Assembly (NCBI GenBank): GCA_951406725.2
Contig: OX597823.1
Coordinates: 63,240,001 to 63,304,000 of the forward strand
DNA length: 64,000 nt
From: Octopus vulgaris
Taxonomy: Eukaryota
Direction: 5' to 3'
This document shows, piece after piece, positions 13,487-25,759 of the stretch. Under the pieces are notes generated by a model. The model worked only from the letters and a program-made list of their open reading frames with translations, was not told the DNA's origin and made no database searches. Every line of letters starts with the position of its first letter. Position 1 is the first letter of the stretch. Position numbers and translations under genes: made by a program.

Positions 13487-13880
13487 AGTGTGTGTATATG
13501 TTTGTGTGTCTGTGTTTGTCCCCCAGCATCACTTGACAACCGATGCTGGTGTGTTTACGTCCCTGTAACTTAGCGGTTCAGCAAAAGATACCAATAGAAT
13601 AAGTACTAGGCTTACAAAGAATAAGTCCTGGCGTCGATATCTTCGACTAAAGGCAGTGCTCCAGCATGGCCGCAGTCAAATGACTGAAACAAGTAAAAGA
13701 GTAAAGAGAGTAAAAGAGAATATATATATGATGGGTTTCCACACAGTTTCTGTCTACCAAATCCACTCCCAAGGTTTTGGTTGGCCCAAGGATATAGTAG
13801 AAGACACTTGCTCTAGGTTCTGTGCAGTGGGATTGAACCTGAAACCATGTGGTTGCAAAGCAAGCTTCTGAACCACAGCT
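12590..13880. mobile_element. Cluster of four SINE A copies (-,+,+,-)
   Basis: Copies at about 12590-12830 (-), 12878-13212 (+), 13269-13720 (+), 13728-13880 (-). Confidence 0.8.
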
Positions 13881-15387
13881 ATGTTCATTTTTCTTTCTTT
13901 TTAATTCCATACTCATCATGTCATCACAGGTTCAATCCTTCATCATGGACATATTCTCCCAGTTCTTAATTGTAAAGACTATGAGATGGTGTATCAAAAC
14001 TGGAAAAGTCTGCATTTTTATTTAATCAGTTTGGTCTTCTCTCACCACCCTAGTAAAAAGTTGGGATAGGAATGGTGGGTGGAGAAGGAAGTTAGTTTTG
14101 ATACATATTGGTTTCAAATTTTGGCACAAGGCCAGCAATTTTGAGGGAGGGGATAAGTTGATTACACCAACTCCAGTACTCAACTGGTTCTTATTTTATT
14201 GACCTCAAGAAGACAAAAGGCAAAGTCAACCTAGGTGGAATTTGAACTTAGGATGCAAAGATAGATGGAATGCCACTAAGGATTTTGACCAGCCTGCTAA
14301 CAATTCTGCCAGCTCGCCACCTTTATTTTGATACATATTGGTTTCAAATTTTGGTGCTAGGTCAGCAATATTAGGGGAGGAGAATAGTCAAATATATCAA
14401 CACCAGTAGTCAACTGGTTCCTATTTCATCAAGCTCAAGAGGAATTTGAACTCAGAACACAAAGGCAGGCGAAATGCCACTAAGCATTTTGACTGGCCTG
14501 CTAATGATTCTACCAGCTCGTTACCTTAATTTTAATACATATTGAGTTCAGATTGCACAGAGGTGTCATTGTCTTTCATCCTTCGAAGGTTGATAAAATA
14601 AAGTAGTTGTTGAGTTTGGAGGTTGATGTAATTATCTTTCCATGGACCTTCAAGTCCTGATTGAGGGTTACAGGGGTGCCATTGTTACATATCTTAGGTA
14701 GATCTCATCTAGCTCTGGGTCTGAACACAGTCAATTTCTTCTGCATACTGAGAAAGAGAGAGTGGAGGGGGAGACATTTTTTTCTTTTGTTTGTTTCAGT
14801 CATTAGACAATGGCTATACGGTCATACTGGAGCACCTCCTTCAAGAATTTTTAGTTGAATGAATTGATCCTAGTATCATTCTCTTTTGCCAAACTGCTAA
14901 GTTATGAGGACATACACCAGCACCAGTTGTCAAGTGGTACTGGGGAACAAACACAGAGACACACACACTCTTAGATATCTATATATATATATATGACAAG
15001 CTTCTTTCAGTTTCCACCTATCAAATCCACCCACAACGCTTTTATGAGTAGAACATGCTTGCCCAGAGTGCCACTCAATGGGACTTAATGGTCTTAATTA
15101 TAGTGGGAAATTAAAACAACTCATTAAAAAATGCAATCATAAAAAGAGTAAAAATCAATTTAATCAACAATACCAGTCTTAATCAAAAGTGGAATTGTGC
15201 TATGAAATAAAATCGATCAATATATATTACAAACTATTCTAATACTGTAAGACTTGGAGTCTGTAAAGGAGTTAAGATGGATTTAGGTCAGGTTACAAAA
15301 CAAAATATTATCTTTGTTGTGTGTGTTACTGCTAAGTACATTTAACTTCTCTGAACATTGGATGGTTTGTTTAATCATGCAGTAGAG

Positions 15388-15710
15388 GGTGCATGGCTCA
15401 GTGGTTAGAGCGTTGGGTTTAAAATCATGAGGTAGTGAGTTCAATTCCTGAACCGGGGTGTGCATTGTGATCTTGAGCAAGACACTTTATTTCACGTTGC
15501 TTCAGTTCACTCAGCTGTAGAAATTAGTTGCAATGTGGTGCCAAAGCTGCATCGGTCTTTACCTTTCCCTTGGATAACATTGGTGGCATGGAGAAGGGAG
15601 GCTGGTATGCATGAGTGACTGCTGGTCTTCCATAAACAACCTTGCCTGGACTTGTGCCTCAGAGAGGAACTTTTTAGGTACAATCCCATGACCAAAGAGG
15701 GTCCTGTAAA
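15388..15710 (+). mobile_element. tRNA-derived SINE family D
   Basis: tggctcagtggttagagcg..gagttcaattcc head followed by a cttgagcaagacacttta core-like block. Confidence 0.65.
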
Positions 15711-15956
15711 CATTATGAAATGCTAATATTGGGTTCCAACTTTGGCACAAAGCCAACAGTTTTGGGACAGGGGTCAGTTGATTACATTGACCCCTGTGTT
15801 CAACTGGCAATTATTTTATTGATCCTCGGAAAGATGAAAGGCAAAGTCAACCCTGGTGACATTCAAACTCAGAATGTAAAGTTGAAAAGGATGATGCTAA
15901 GCAATTTTTCTGGTGCACTAATGATTCTGCCAGCCCATCACCTTATATAAAATGTT

Positions 15957-16185
15957 AGAGCTGGCAGAAACGTTAGCACGCCGGGTGAAATGCGTAGCTG
16001 TATTTCGTCTGCCGTTACGTTCTGAGTTCAAATTCTGCCAAGGTTGACTTCGCCTTTCATCCTTTCGGGGTCGATTAAATAAGTACCAGTTACACACTGG
16101 GGTCGATATAATTGACTTAATCCGTGTGTCTGTTCTTGTTTGTCCTCTCTGTGTTTAGCCCCTTGTGGGTAGTAAAGAAATAAGT
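15957..16185 (+). mobile_element. SINE B young copy (others at 14110-14530 and 35015-35553 on the - strand)
   Basis: gagctggcagaaacgttagcacgccggg...gccccttgtgggtagtaaagaaata. Confidence 0.8.
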
Positions 16186-16194
16186 TAATATTAC

Positions 16195-16410
16195 CCCTTT
16201 AGCATTCAGATTTTTCTATCGAATGTAAAGCTTTTTCATTCACATTGTTTTTAATTAATCATGCTTTATTTCATAGCTTCAAAATTTTCATGATATAATT
16301 GTATATTTTTTGAGTGACATTGAAGGGTATGTGTGATAGGCTGGATCTGGTTGGTTAGAAAACAGATGTCATATTTGGGCCAGAGATGGCTGGTTTAAAT
16401 ACTAAAGGGT
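16195..16410 (+). mobile_element. piggyBac-type MITE, older copy
   Basis: ccctttagcattcagat...aatactaaaggg; homologous to 24436-24656. Confidence 0.65.
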
Positions 16411-16479
16411 TTTATATTAAAACCATTAATTTGAAACCGAGAAAAAGCAACAAGCCAACTCACAATCATCACGTATTGA

Positions 16480-17245
16480 ATGCCTGCAAAGTGCATGTTC
16501 TCCTCTGCCTTGCCACTCTGGTCCAACCAGCTCTCTGATATTGTCCATCTATTGCGTTCTTTGCTTGCCTTTTGATCTACTGCTCTCTACTCTTCCTTCC
16601 ATGATAATGTTTTCCAAACCTCTGCTTCGAATATGGCCATAATAAATGAGCATTTGTTTTTTCACAATGTTCTGGAGTTATTTTCCTTCATCTCATTGTT
16701 GTAACGCCCATCCATTTGTCTGGTGATCCTTGTAAAAGACTCTTAACTTTCTCCTGTACACGCACATTCCAAACAACATCGGTTACATTGTCTTCAAATT
16801 TGTCTAGAGTTCATGCTTTACAACTGCAAATGCCTATTGGCCAATTGAGTGTACATACTAGCCTTGTTTTTTTTTTTTTTACTTAGTTGGAACACTTTTA
16901 CTGGTCCAAATGTTAAGCTTTTCCAATGACGTTCTTGCCATGGCTAGCTCTGTCCTAATTTCTTTCTTCCATGTGGTTTCATCAGAGATTTGGGCTCCAT
17001 GATACTTCTACAATTTAACCTGTTCGAGCCTCTCAGTGTATATTTCTAATCTAAGACATGTAGACGAGACTGCTCCACTTGCCAAGACTGAAGCCAGACT
17101 ACAAGAAATGATAAATGTAGTAGAAAAGGGTATTAAGTATGCATGGTCTTTATCTCAACCATAAGGAAACAAAAGTTATGGCAGTAGGAAAAGAGTAAGT
17201 AAATGTTAACCTCAAACTGAGCAGTGAAAGGCTTGAGCAAGTCAG
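16480..17245. pseudogene. Decayed RTE-clade LINE RT, two oppositely oriented pieces
   Basis: - strand: ERLEQVK..KYHGAQI..KEIRTELAMAR..FGMCVYRRKLRV..DHQTN. + strand 17060-17245: DETAPLAKTEARLQEMIN..LYLNHKETKVM..ERLEQV. Confidence 0.65.
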
Positions 17246-17899
17246 CTGCTGGAGTTAAATCTTCTGACCTTTCTATAGTGAAAGGTAACTTAGTTCTAGC
17301 CATCTCTCAAACTATTGATTCTAATGTCATATTATCTGCACTTTATAATGTGTAATAATGTGCTGTTGTTTATAATATAATGCATTCATTTCATTATGGG
17401 AAATGAAGTCTCAGAAAATAAATTTCATGCATGATATGCACTAACTTTTCTTTAATATTATGATGTCAAATTTATCATAATTGCTGTATGAAATAATATA
17501 CTGAAAACATTCATACATCCTAAGCAAAACAGAAAAATTCAATAGTAACCATTGAATTTTACTTGCATAGCCTGTAAAAGTGCATCTATCTGTAAAGTCA
17601 ATATTGTGCGAGTTATACAATCCTGCTTACACATGAAAGAAGTATTTTATACGTTAATGAATATGGTAAATGCTATATGCTGAAATAAAATATACATTGA
17701 TTATTACAAGCAATCTGGAAAGTGTGGTATTGAAAGCAAGTGTATTTATTTACTAGTAACACACTTGCAGTGAAAGCTTTTAAGATAACTAACAGAAGAT
17801 ACCATACCTATCCCAGATTCTATTTATACATCATATAAGAACTACTGACTGTTCTGTTAACCTTTAAGAGAACACAAAAGTTGCATTAACCATAGTTGA

Positions 17900-18070
17900 A
17901 TTCGAACTTGAGCACTTAGATTAGAGGAGGATTGAAATTAGTTTCATGCACTAAAAAGACAGGTGGAAGGCATCAGTTCCACGCAGTGATTCAATTCTGT
18001 TGCAGTCATCTGTGGTGACTGCAACAAAAGCTATCAGTCTCAAATAGACCTATGCAGTCATTGCATGTAA
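17900..18070 (+). pseudogene. RTE LINE C-terminal zinc-finger relic
   Basis: ICGDCNKSYQSQIDLCSH resembles the RTE C..C.R...S.IGL.SH motif. Confidence 0.45.
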
Positions 18071-18181
18071 TATGGTTGCATAATGTAAGTATAGGAAAGA
18101 AGAGGGGAGAAGAAGAGAGAAAATGGCAAAGGCTCCATCTTCTCTTGTGACAGATGGTTGATGAGGATGACAATGAAGATA

Positions 18182-19099
18182 GGCGTAGGAGTGGCTGTGT
18201 GGTAAGTAGCTTGCTTACGATCCACATGATTCCAGGTTCAGTCCCACTGCATGGTACCTTGGGTGTCTTCTACTATAGCCTCGGATCGACCAAAGCCTTG
18301 TAAGTGGATTTGGTAGACAGAAACTGAAAGAAGCCCGTCGTATATATATATATATATATATATGTATATCTGTGTGTGTGTCCGTGTTTGTCCTCACATC
18401 ACCTGACAACTGATGCTGGTGTGTTTATGTCCCCATAACTTAGTGGTTCAGCAAAAGAGACCGATAGAATAAGTACTAGGCTTACAAAGAATAAGTCCTG
18501 GGGCCGATTTGCTCTCGACTAAAGGCAGTGCTCCAGCATGGCCACAGTCAAATGACTGAAACAAGTAAAAGAGTAAAACAGAAGAAATCTGTACAACTGA
18601 AATAACAGATTTTGATAGTGCTAAAAAATGTATTCAGAAGTCTAGCTATATATGCTAACACAGGTATTGTTATGAAAATGCTGTGCTCTTGAAAATCTTG
18701 CAGTAGAGAATGGAAGTCGGAGGAAATGGTATTTCATGCTGGCATGTTACAGCAAGTTGTTACGGAGTGCAACATTTTTGTAACATGAGAATTCCTGTAT
18801 GTATAAAAGTATTGAAATGTTTTATGTTTGAAGATGTTTGGGTGTTTTCCATAAGCTATTTGCTGGACATGTGATCAAGAAGCAAATTTTGTAAATAGGT
18901 GATTGATTCTTTTACTTGTTTTAGTCATTTGAAGGGTTCTAGTTGAACAAATTGGCCCCAGGACATTTCTTTTTTTCTAAGCCTGTTCTTATTGTATTCG
19001 TCTCTTTTGCTGAACTGCTTAGTTGCAGGGACATAAACACATCAACACCAATTGTCAAGTGGTGGTGAGGGACAAACACAAACACACATAGATATATAC

Positions 19100-19139
<40 letters not shown>

Positions 19140-19292
19140 GGCTTCTTTCAGTTTCTGTTTACCAAATCCACTCACAAGGCTTTGGTCGGACCAGAGCTTT
19201 AGTAAAAAGTACTTGGCAAAGATGCAATGTAGTGGGACCGAATACGGAACCATGTGCTTGGGAAGCAAGCTTCTTACCACACAGCCACACCT
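18182..19292. mobile_element. Two SINE A copies in inverted (tail-to-tail) orientation
   Basis: 18182-18580 (+) and 18910-19292 (-). Confidence 0.8.
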
Positions 19293-19589
19293 GTTATACA
19301 TTTTTTTAAAATATACAAACTACACTCACGGAGTGGTTGGCGTTAGGAAGGGCATCCAGCTGTAGATCAGACTGGTGCAGCCTCCTGGCTTCCCAGACCC
19401 CGGTCGAACCGTCCAACCCATGCTAGCATGGAAAACAGACGTTAAACGATGATGATGATGATGATATAAAAATCCTATTTTAGAATATGAATTTTCACAA
19501 TGTATTTTGCAATCCTCAGAAGAGAAAAGGTTGGTAACCAAAAAGAAAAAAAAAACTTGCTTCAATTTGGCTTTTATGTTTATCTTCAC

Positions 19590-19900
19590 CTGTGGTCATA
19601 AATGTTGTGTAATGACCAAAAGAGCACAGTTGTAAATACAAATGACTGAAATTGGTGCCTTTGAAGAATCTCTGGATGAATGTTATTCGACAGGGTGCAT
19701 AACTTAGAGATCAGGAAGTCTTTCCGGGTCAAGTCACCAGTTCTCTGCACTGAGAGGTCACAGCTTCAGTACTATGGACATGATTTAAAAAATATCACAG
19801 GAAAAAATTTTCAAGTCAAAGCAACCAATAGGAAACTTTGGGGGTACAACAAATTCAATGTGATTGGATGATATCTCAAATCTCAGTTGGTCAGGCTTAG
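19590..19900 (+). pseudogene. RTE (Expander-like) LINE 3' RT relic
   Basis: LFDRVHNLEIRKSFRVKSPVLCTERSQLQYYGH resembles L.DRVR...IR....V..L...ERSQLRWFGH. Confidence 0.6.
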
Positions 19901-20725
19901 GAATGCAGCTGGAAAGTGCAGTAATGGTTGCATCTGATAGAGGAGGTGCATGAAGACTCTACCCTGATCACCTTCTCAAGAATAACTGGACTAGATAGAT
20001 GGATTGATTTTTTTTTTTTTTCCCAGTCAAAGTAACTTACATTAATAAGTGTACATAAAGAGTTAAAAATCTGTGTGTGTGTGATGATAACATGTGTTTT
20101 GATATTATTAGATATTATCTGATCTGTATCACAGAAAGTAGAGATGGTAGTGATAGTGGTGATGGTGGTTGATGAAAGAGGGGATAGGTAACAGCTGAAA
20201 GCTTTTAAGATAACTAACAGAAAACATATTTTAGAGAGCATTAATACATTCAAATATTGTTTATGTCAAGGATCCTTATTTTCAGATATAACATTTAAAA
20301 CTTGGCTTTGTTGAATCATCTCTTTTTTTTCTCTGTTCTTGTTGTTCATCACCAGCTTTGCCCTGATTAAGTTAAACCTGTTATCAAAGGTATCAAAGGT
20401 GTTCAAGCCGTGACCATTTACTTGTTCTTATTACAAGTGTAGGGGGATTATATAGGTGCAGGTATGGTTGTGTGCTTAAGAATTTTGCTTTAGAACTTCG
20501 TGGTTTCTGATTTAGTTCTACTGCATGATATTTTGGTCAGATGTCTTCCACTATGATTTTGGGCTGATCAATGCCTTGTAAATGATACTAATCACCGTAA
20601 AGTGTGCTGATAGATAAATTCAGTCAACTGTAGTTATCTGTCTCTGGTATTCTGTTGAAGACATTCGGTTGTAAATATATCTATGTATCTATCTATCTCT
20701 CTCTCTATATATATATATACACACA

Positions 20726-20777
<52 letters not shown>

Positions 20778-20996
20778 GAGTGGCTGTGTGGTAACAAGCT
20801 TGCTTCCCAGTTATATGGTTCTGAGCCCAGTCCCACTGCATGGCACTTTAGGCAAGTGTCTTCTACTACAGCCTCGGGCCAGCCAAAGCCTTGTGTGTGG
20901 GTTTGGTAGACAAAAACTAAAAGAAGCCCATCATATTTATATATATATATTTATGCATATAGATATATATATATACATACACACACACACACACAC

Positions 20997-21031
<35 letters not shown>

Positions 21032-21280
21032 AGGCGCAATGGCCCAGTGTATAGGGCAGCAGACTCGCGGTTGTAGGATCACGGTTTTGATTCCCAGACC
21101 AGGCTTTGTGAGTGTTTATTGAGCGAAAACACCTAAATCTCCACAAGGCTCCGGCAGGGGGTGGCGGCGATCCCTGCTGTACTCTTTCGCCACAACTTTC
21201 ATTCTTTCTTCTGTTGGCCCGCTCACTTAGCCAGCGATGTGTAGCAACATCTGACAGCCTAGTCGGTCATGGTCATCACA

Positions 21281-21324
<44 letters not shown>

Positions 21325-21547
21325 TAGATGCAACCTTTCAGGGTGCTTTAGTTCTGTTTTTCATAACATTTGTTCAGATACCTAACTGTAAGGATGCTTT
21401 GCAGCTTGTGAGTTTCTTTATTGAAAGCTACTTCCTTAGTGTAACATAATACCATAATTTTAAGCCAATGGTTTTGCTGGCTTCAAATAAACAAAAATGT
21501 AAATTTTTTTTCATTTAATTTTTAATTTCTTTCAGATATGAAATTAC

Positions 21548-21582
<35 letters not shown>

Positions 21583-21602
21583 CATTATTATTATTATCAT
21601 TA

Positions 21603-21777
21603 GGGCAGCGAGCTGGCAGAATCATTAGCATGCTTAGCAGTATTTCTCCCATCGCTATGTTCTGAGTTCAAATTCTGCTGAGGTCGACTTAGCCTTTCAT
21701 CCTTTCAGGGTCGATAAGATAAGTACCAGTTGAACATTCCCACCTCACCCAAGCTGCCCTTGTTGCAAAAATTTGAA

Positions 21778-21817
<40 letters not shown>

Positions 21818-22215
21818 GGGTGGCGAGCTGGCAGAATCGTTAGCAGGCCAGGTGAAATGCGTAGCCGTATTTCGTCTGCCGTTACGTTCTGAGTTCAAAT
21901 TCCGCCGCGGTCAACTTTGCCTTTCATCCTTTCGGGGTCAATAAAGTACCAGTTACGCACTGGGGTCGATGTAATCGACTTAATTCGTTTGTCTGTCCTT
22001 GTTTGTCCCCGCTGTGTTTAGCCCCTTGTGGGTAATAAAGAAATAGGTATTTTACATGTTGCTACATTCTGAGTTCAAACTCCGCGGAGGTCAACTTCGC
22101 CTTTCATCCTTTCGGGGCCGATTAAATAAGTACCAGCTATGCAGTGGGATCAATGTAATCGACTAGCCCCCTTCTCCCAAAAATTTTTCATGGTCTTGTA
22201 CCTAGAGTTCGAAAT
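21603..22215 (+). mobile_element. Tandem SINE family B copies just upstream of the FucT exon
   Basis: ggcgagctggcagaatcgttagc..gagttcaaattccgcc..gcctttcatcctttcggggtcgat repeated three times; bounded by (TTA)n. Confidence 0.8.
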
Positions 22216-22360
22216 TATTATTATTATTATTATTATTATTATTGTTGTTGTTGTTATTATTGTTGTTATTATTATTATTATTGTTGTTATTATTATTATT
22301 GTTATTATTATTATTGTTATTATTATTATACTTTAATCACTATTCTGCTTTCTTTTTCAG

Positions 22361-23437
22361 GCTGTTCTCTTCACTGTGATGAGTGTTGGCACCTTAGCCT
22401 TTTTGCTGATCATCCAGAACCATCATAGTATGATCAACATAAGCAGCCGTCTTGATCCAATCCCAATCACAACCAAAGCACCCCAGCCACCACCACAGAA
22501 GTACCTCATATATTATTGTGACAAATTGACTCGGTGTCTAGGATGGGGTGACCGGCAGCGAGGTATAATGTCTGCCTATGTAATGGCTATGGCTACAAAC
22601 CGGACATTTGGTATCATAATGACAAAACCATGTCTGCTTACAAAATTCTTTGTTCCTAATCAAGTCAACTGGAATGTGAACATGTCTGACATTCAACATC
22701 GCAGTGCACAGTATTTTGATCTCAATAGCAACGACATGTTCACCAAAACACTAAACACGGTAAATCTTGAAGCCCTGTTTCATGCTGACGTCATCTACCT
22801 AGTTACCAATCGATGGTATATTAATCCGTTATTAAAAAACTCACGCTACCGACGTAAATTGAAGGATCTCGACAGAATGAGTTGGAGAAAGAGCTTCGCC
22901 AAAGTCATGGACCAGATGTTTCGACATAGTAACTATATGAATGATAAAATTGAGAGCACTCTAAAACGATTTATTCCCAACAACACCACAAAGCTAGTGT
23001 GTTCTCAAATTCGTCTCGGAACTAATCCCACAATTCCTTTGGATTTCCGTGTCCGTAATAAGTACTCTTCAGTTAGTGTTGTATGGAAGTTTTTACAGAG
23101 GTACAGCAATTCTACATACAAGATATTTGTTTCCACAGACTCTCAGACTGTTCGAATGAGCGCAAAGAAACTGTTTGCTAAACAGATTGTGGATGTTGAG
23201 GGTGCTATAGTACATGTTGACAGTTATGAACCAGGACGAGATGAGTTTGCTTGCGGTGGCTTTGAGAAAGCCCTGCTCGATCAGCATATTCTTTCTCTTT
23301 GTGACATCCTGGTAATTAGTAGAGGTGGGTTTGGTTTTAATGCCATCTATGTACGCAAAAAGAACAGTAGCGTCTATATCTTCCATGATGGTAAAGTCAA
23401 GCCACTTGACTGCAACAAAAGTCAATTGTGTTACTGA
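22361..23437 (+). CDS. Large coding exon of a type II membrane fucosyltransferase-like glycosyltransferase (alpha1,2/alpha1,6/O-FucT superfamily); start codon probably in an upstream exon, or at the ATG at 22379
   Basis: Uninterrupted 353-aa ORF. Splice acceptor ttctttttcag at 22350-22360 is in frame. Hydrophobic anchor AVLFTVMSVGTLAFLLII, then a Pro-rich stem. Motifs GWGDRQRG (GxGNR-like), LVCSQIRLG (motif I), IFVSTDS (motif II), DQHILSLCDILVISRGGFG (motif III). Confidence 0.85.
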   Translation, partial: AVLFTVMSVGTLAFLLIIQNHHSMINISSRLDPIPITTKAPQPPPQKYLIYYCDKLTRCLGWGDRQRGIMSAYVMAMATNRTFGIIMTKPCLLTKFFVPNQVNWNVNMSDIQHRSAQYFDLNSNDMFTKTLNTVNLEALFHADVIYLVTNRWYINPLLKNSRYRRKLKDLDRMSWRKSFAKVMDQMFRHSNYMNDKIESTLKRFIPNNTTKLVCSQIRLGTNPTIPLDFRVRNKYSSVSVVWKFLQRYSNSTYKIFVSTDSQTVRMSAKKLFAKQIVDVEGAIVHVDSYEPGRDEFACGGFEKALLDQHILSLCDILVISRGGFGFNAIYVRKKNSSVYIFHDGKVKPLDCNKSQLCY

Positions 23438-24435
23438 TAGAATGATTCTGTTCTTTACTCCTTCCCTAACAGACATATTACATACATACATACATACATA
23501 CATACACACACACATGTACATGAAATGCATACATGCATTCTTATATACATTATGCTCTAAAACGTGGATGAGGTTTTTTTTTGGGTTTTTTTTTTTTTAA
23601 GATTCCATCCACCCGGTCTGCTGATGCAATATTAGTGAATTCTATTGCCCCGATCTACTCCTGGCCTCAGTCCCTCAATAATTTGCGACCATTATTCTCT
23701 GTGCCCCCCCATAAGCCTATGACTGTACATTCTTTAGTGGATGTATTGCGACTAGGTGGAAAAAATATAAATTAGTTTCCATATGCCATGTTAACCCCCT
23801 CCCACCCACTCCATCCCTTCCAAATTATTCCATACCTTCGGTTTTGTAGAGGATGGATCTGTAAATGCATTAATACTCTTTTTCATCTTGTACATATATC
23901 CTCCAACAATATTCAGGAACACACACACACACACACATGCACACACACTCACACACACTCACACTCTAATACACACACATGCATATATTTATGAATGTGT
24001 ATGTATGTGTGTGTGCCCATGTGTGACCTATGTATTTTAATAAAATTAATATTTGACTCTTGTAGTTATTTCACTGGAGCCTTTAAAAAACAGAAAATAA
24101 AAAAAAATGAAAAAAAATTTCTTTCTTTCTAGAATAAACCTATTAAATTAAAAGAAAAAAAAAATATTTAGAAATTTTAATCTTGGTGGGGTTGTGTGAA
24201 ATAGCAAGATAAAAAATTTTTTTAATTCTTTAACCTCCCTCCCCCATTCCCTGGTCTTTCAAATATCCTTTCATCACATTTTTTCATGATTCAATATTGA
24301 AAATGCTAACTTAACTCTTTGATCCTTTTCACTAGTTCTCGAAAGTTTTCAAAGTACTATAGATAAGATGGCCGTAACTAGGAGAAAAACGGCTGACCAT
24401 TTTGGTTAGGAAGAAGGATGCTAAACATGTTTTAA

Positions 24436-24656
24436 CCCTTTAAGCATTCAGATTACTCTGTCAAATGTAATGCCTATTTATTCACATTGTTTTGAATTAA
24501 TCATGCATTATCTCATAGCTTTGAGATTTCTAAGATGTGATTGTTTATTTTTAGAATGACATTGTAGTGTAGGTGTGAGAGGCAGAATCTGGCTGTCTGT
24601 GAACTTAAAACTGGTAGCACATTTTGTCCTGATATGGCTGGTTAAATGTTAAAGGG
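24436..24656 (+). mobile_element. piggyBac-type MITE
   Basis: TTAA|CCCTTTAA...TTAAAGGG|TTAA; related copies at 16195-16410 and 1-160. Confidence 0.8.
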
Positions 24657-25437
24657 TTAATTTCTATAGATCAAGAATATTGTTGCCTTACAGGATCAGT
24701 GTAGATAAGTTGGTGGGTGGCTAGCAAAAATTATCAATGTGAATTTTGACATGGTTGGAGTTTTTCTGATTAGAAAAAAAAAAAAACCTTATGGGTCAGG
24801 AACATTTAAGCAATTGATTTTTGAACCCAGTGAACCAAATTATATTTGGTAACCAGATGAAGGGCTAAGTAATTGACATGTATAGGTAGGGTGGGGGTCT
24901 GTAGAATAGACATGTTTAGCTTTTTGTGTGGTGATTCTTGAGTGTTCAGTTAGCTAATACTACTACTACTTCTACTACTACTATCCACTTGCCATATATT
25001 TACTCTGTACTGTCATCACATCTGAAGGGCTACTACCCAAGAGTTACCTAGCCAACTTTAGATAGTCACCATCTGTTTGTAAATATTTTTGACTTTATCT
25101 GCTTACTCATTTTCTTTCACTCCCTTGGAAATTTCTTTATCAATAACCCCCAAAACCAAATAAAAAGCAAAGAAAAATACCAAAAAAAAAAAAAGAAAAA
25201 AAAAAGACAGCCTTACTCCGATAACCTTTTACAACAACACCAAAAAAGATGACGATAAACTGTATGAATTTTATAGAGCAAGAGGAAAACCATACATAAC
25301 CTTGCTTGTGTGTGTCTGTGTGTATATATGCATGTGTATGAAGGAACGTGTGTATGTATGTGCATACGTGTACTGATATATGCATATGTATGTACGTGTG
25401 TGTATGTCTGTGATTGTATGTGTGTGTATATACTTAC

Positions 25438-25472
25438 TTGGAGTCTTTCCTGAAAACAATTGGACCTTCCAT
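25438..25472 (-). CDS. Candidate short coding exon (MEGPIVFRKDS-, phase 2), or a 12-nt microexon at 25438-25449
   Basis: Strong donor CAA|GTAAGT at 25438/25437 in unique sequence; internal ttgttttcag acceptor 12 nt upstream. Confidence 0.3.
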
Positions 25473-25759
25473 CCATCACTTTCTGTCTCAAGTTGAACAT
25501 CTCCTTTTCGTCTAACTTCTTTGCCCCCCCCCTCTCTGTTTCTTTCTCTCTCTCTCTCTCACACACACTCACTCACTCTTCCTTGAGATTAAAGTTTCTG
25601 TCTTATCTTCCCTTGATGATGATGTTTACTGTTATACAGTAGATTTAAGTGTTGGTGCTGCATTGGAAGGTGGAATAATGTGGTTTGGCAGATAATGCCC
25701 ATGCCAGTGGCTGCACCATTATTATCTCTTGTTTTCATCTGCTTTCCTTGTTATTATTA

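Noticed and set aside
23093-23530. 145-aa minus-strand ORF
   Set aside because: Antisense shadow of the fucosyltransferase exon.
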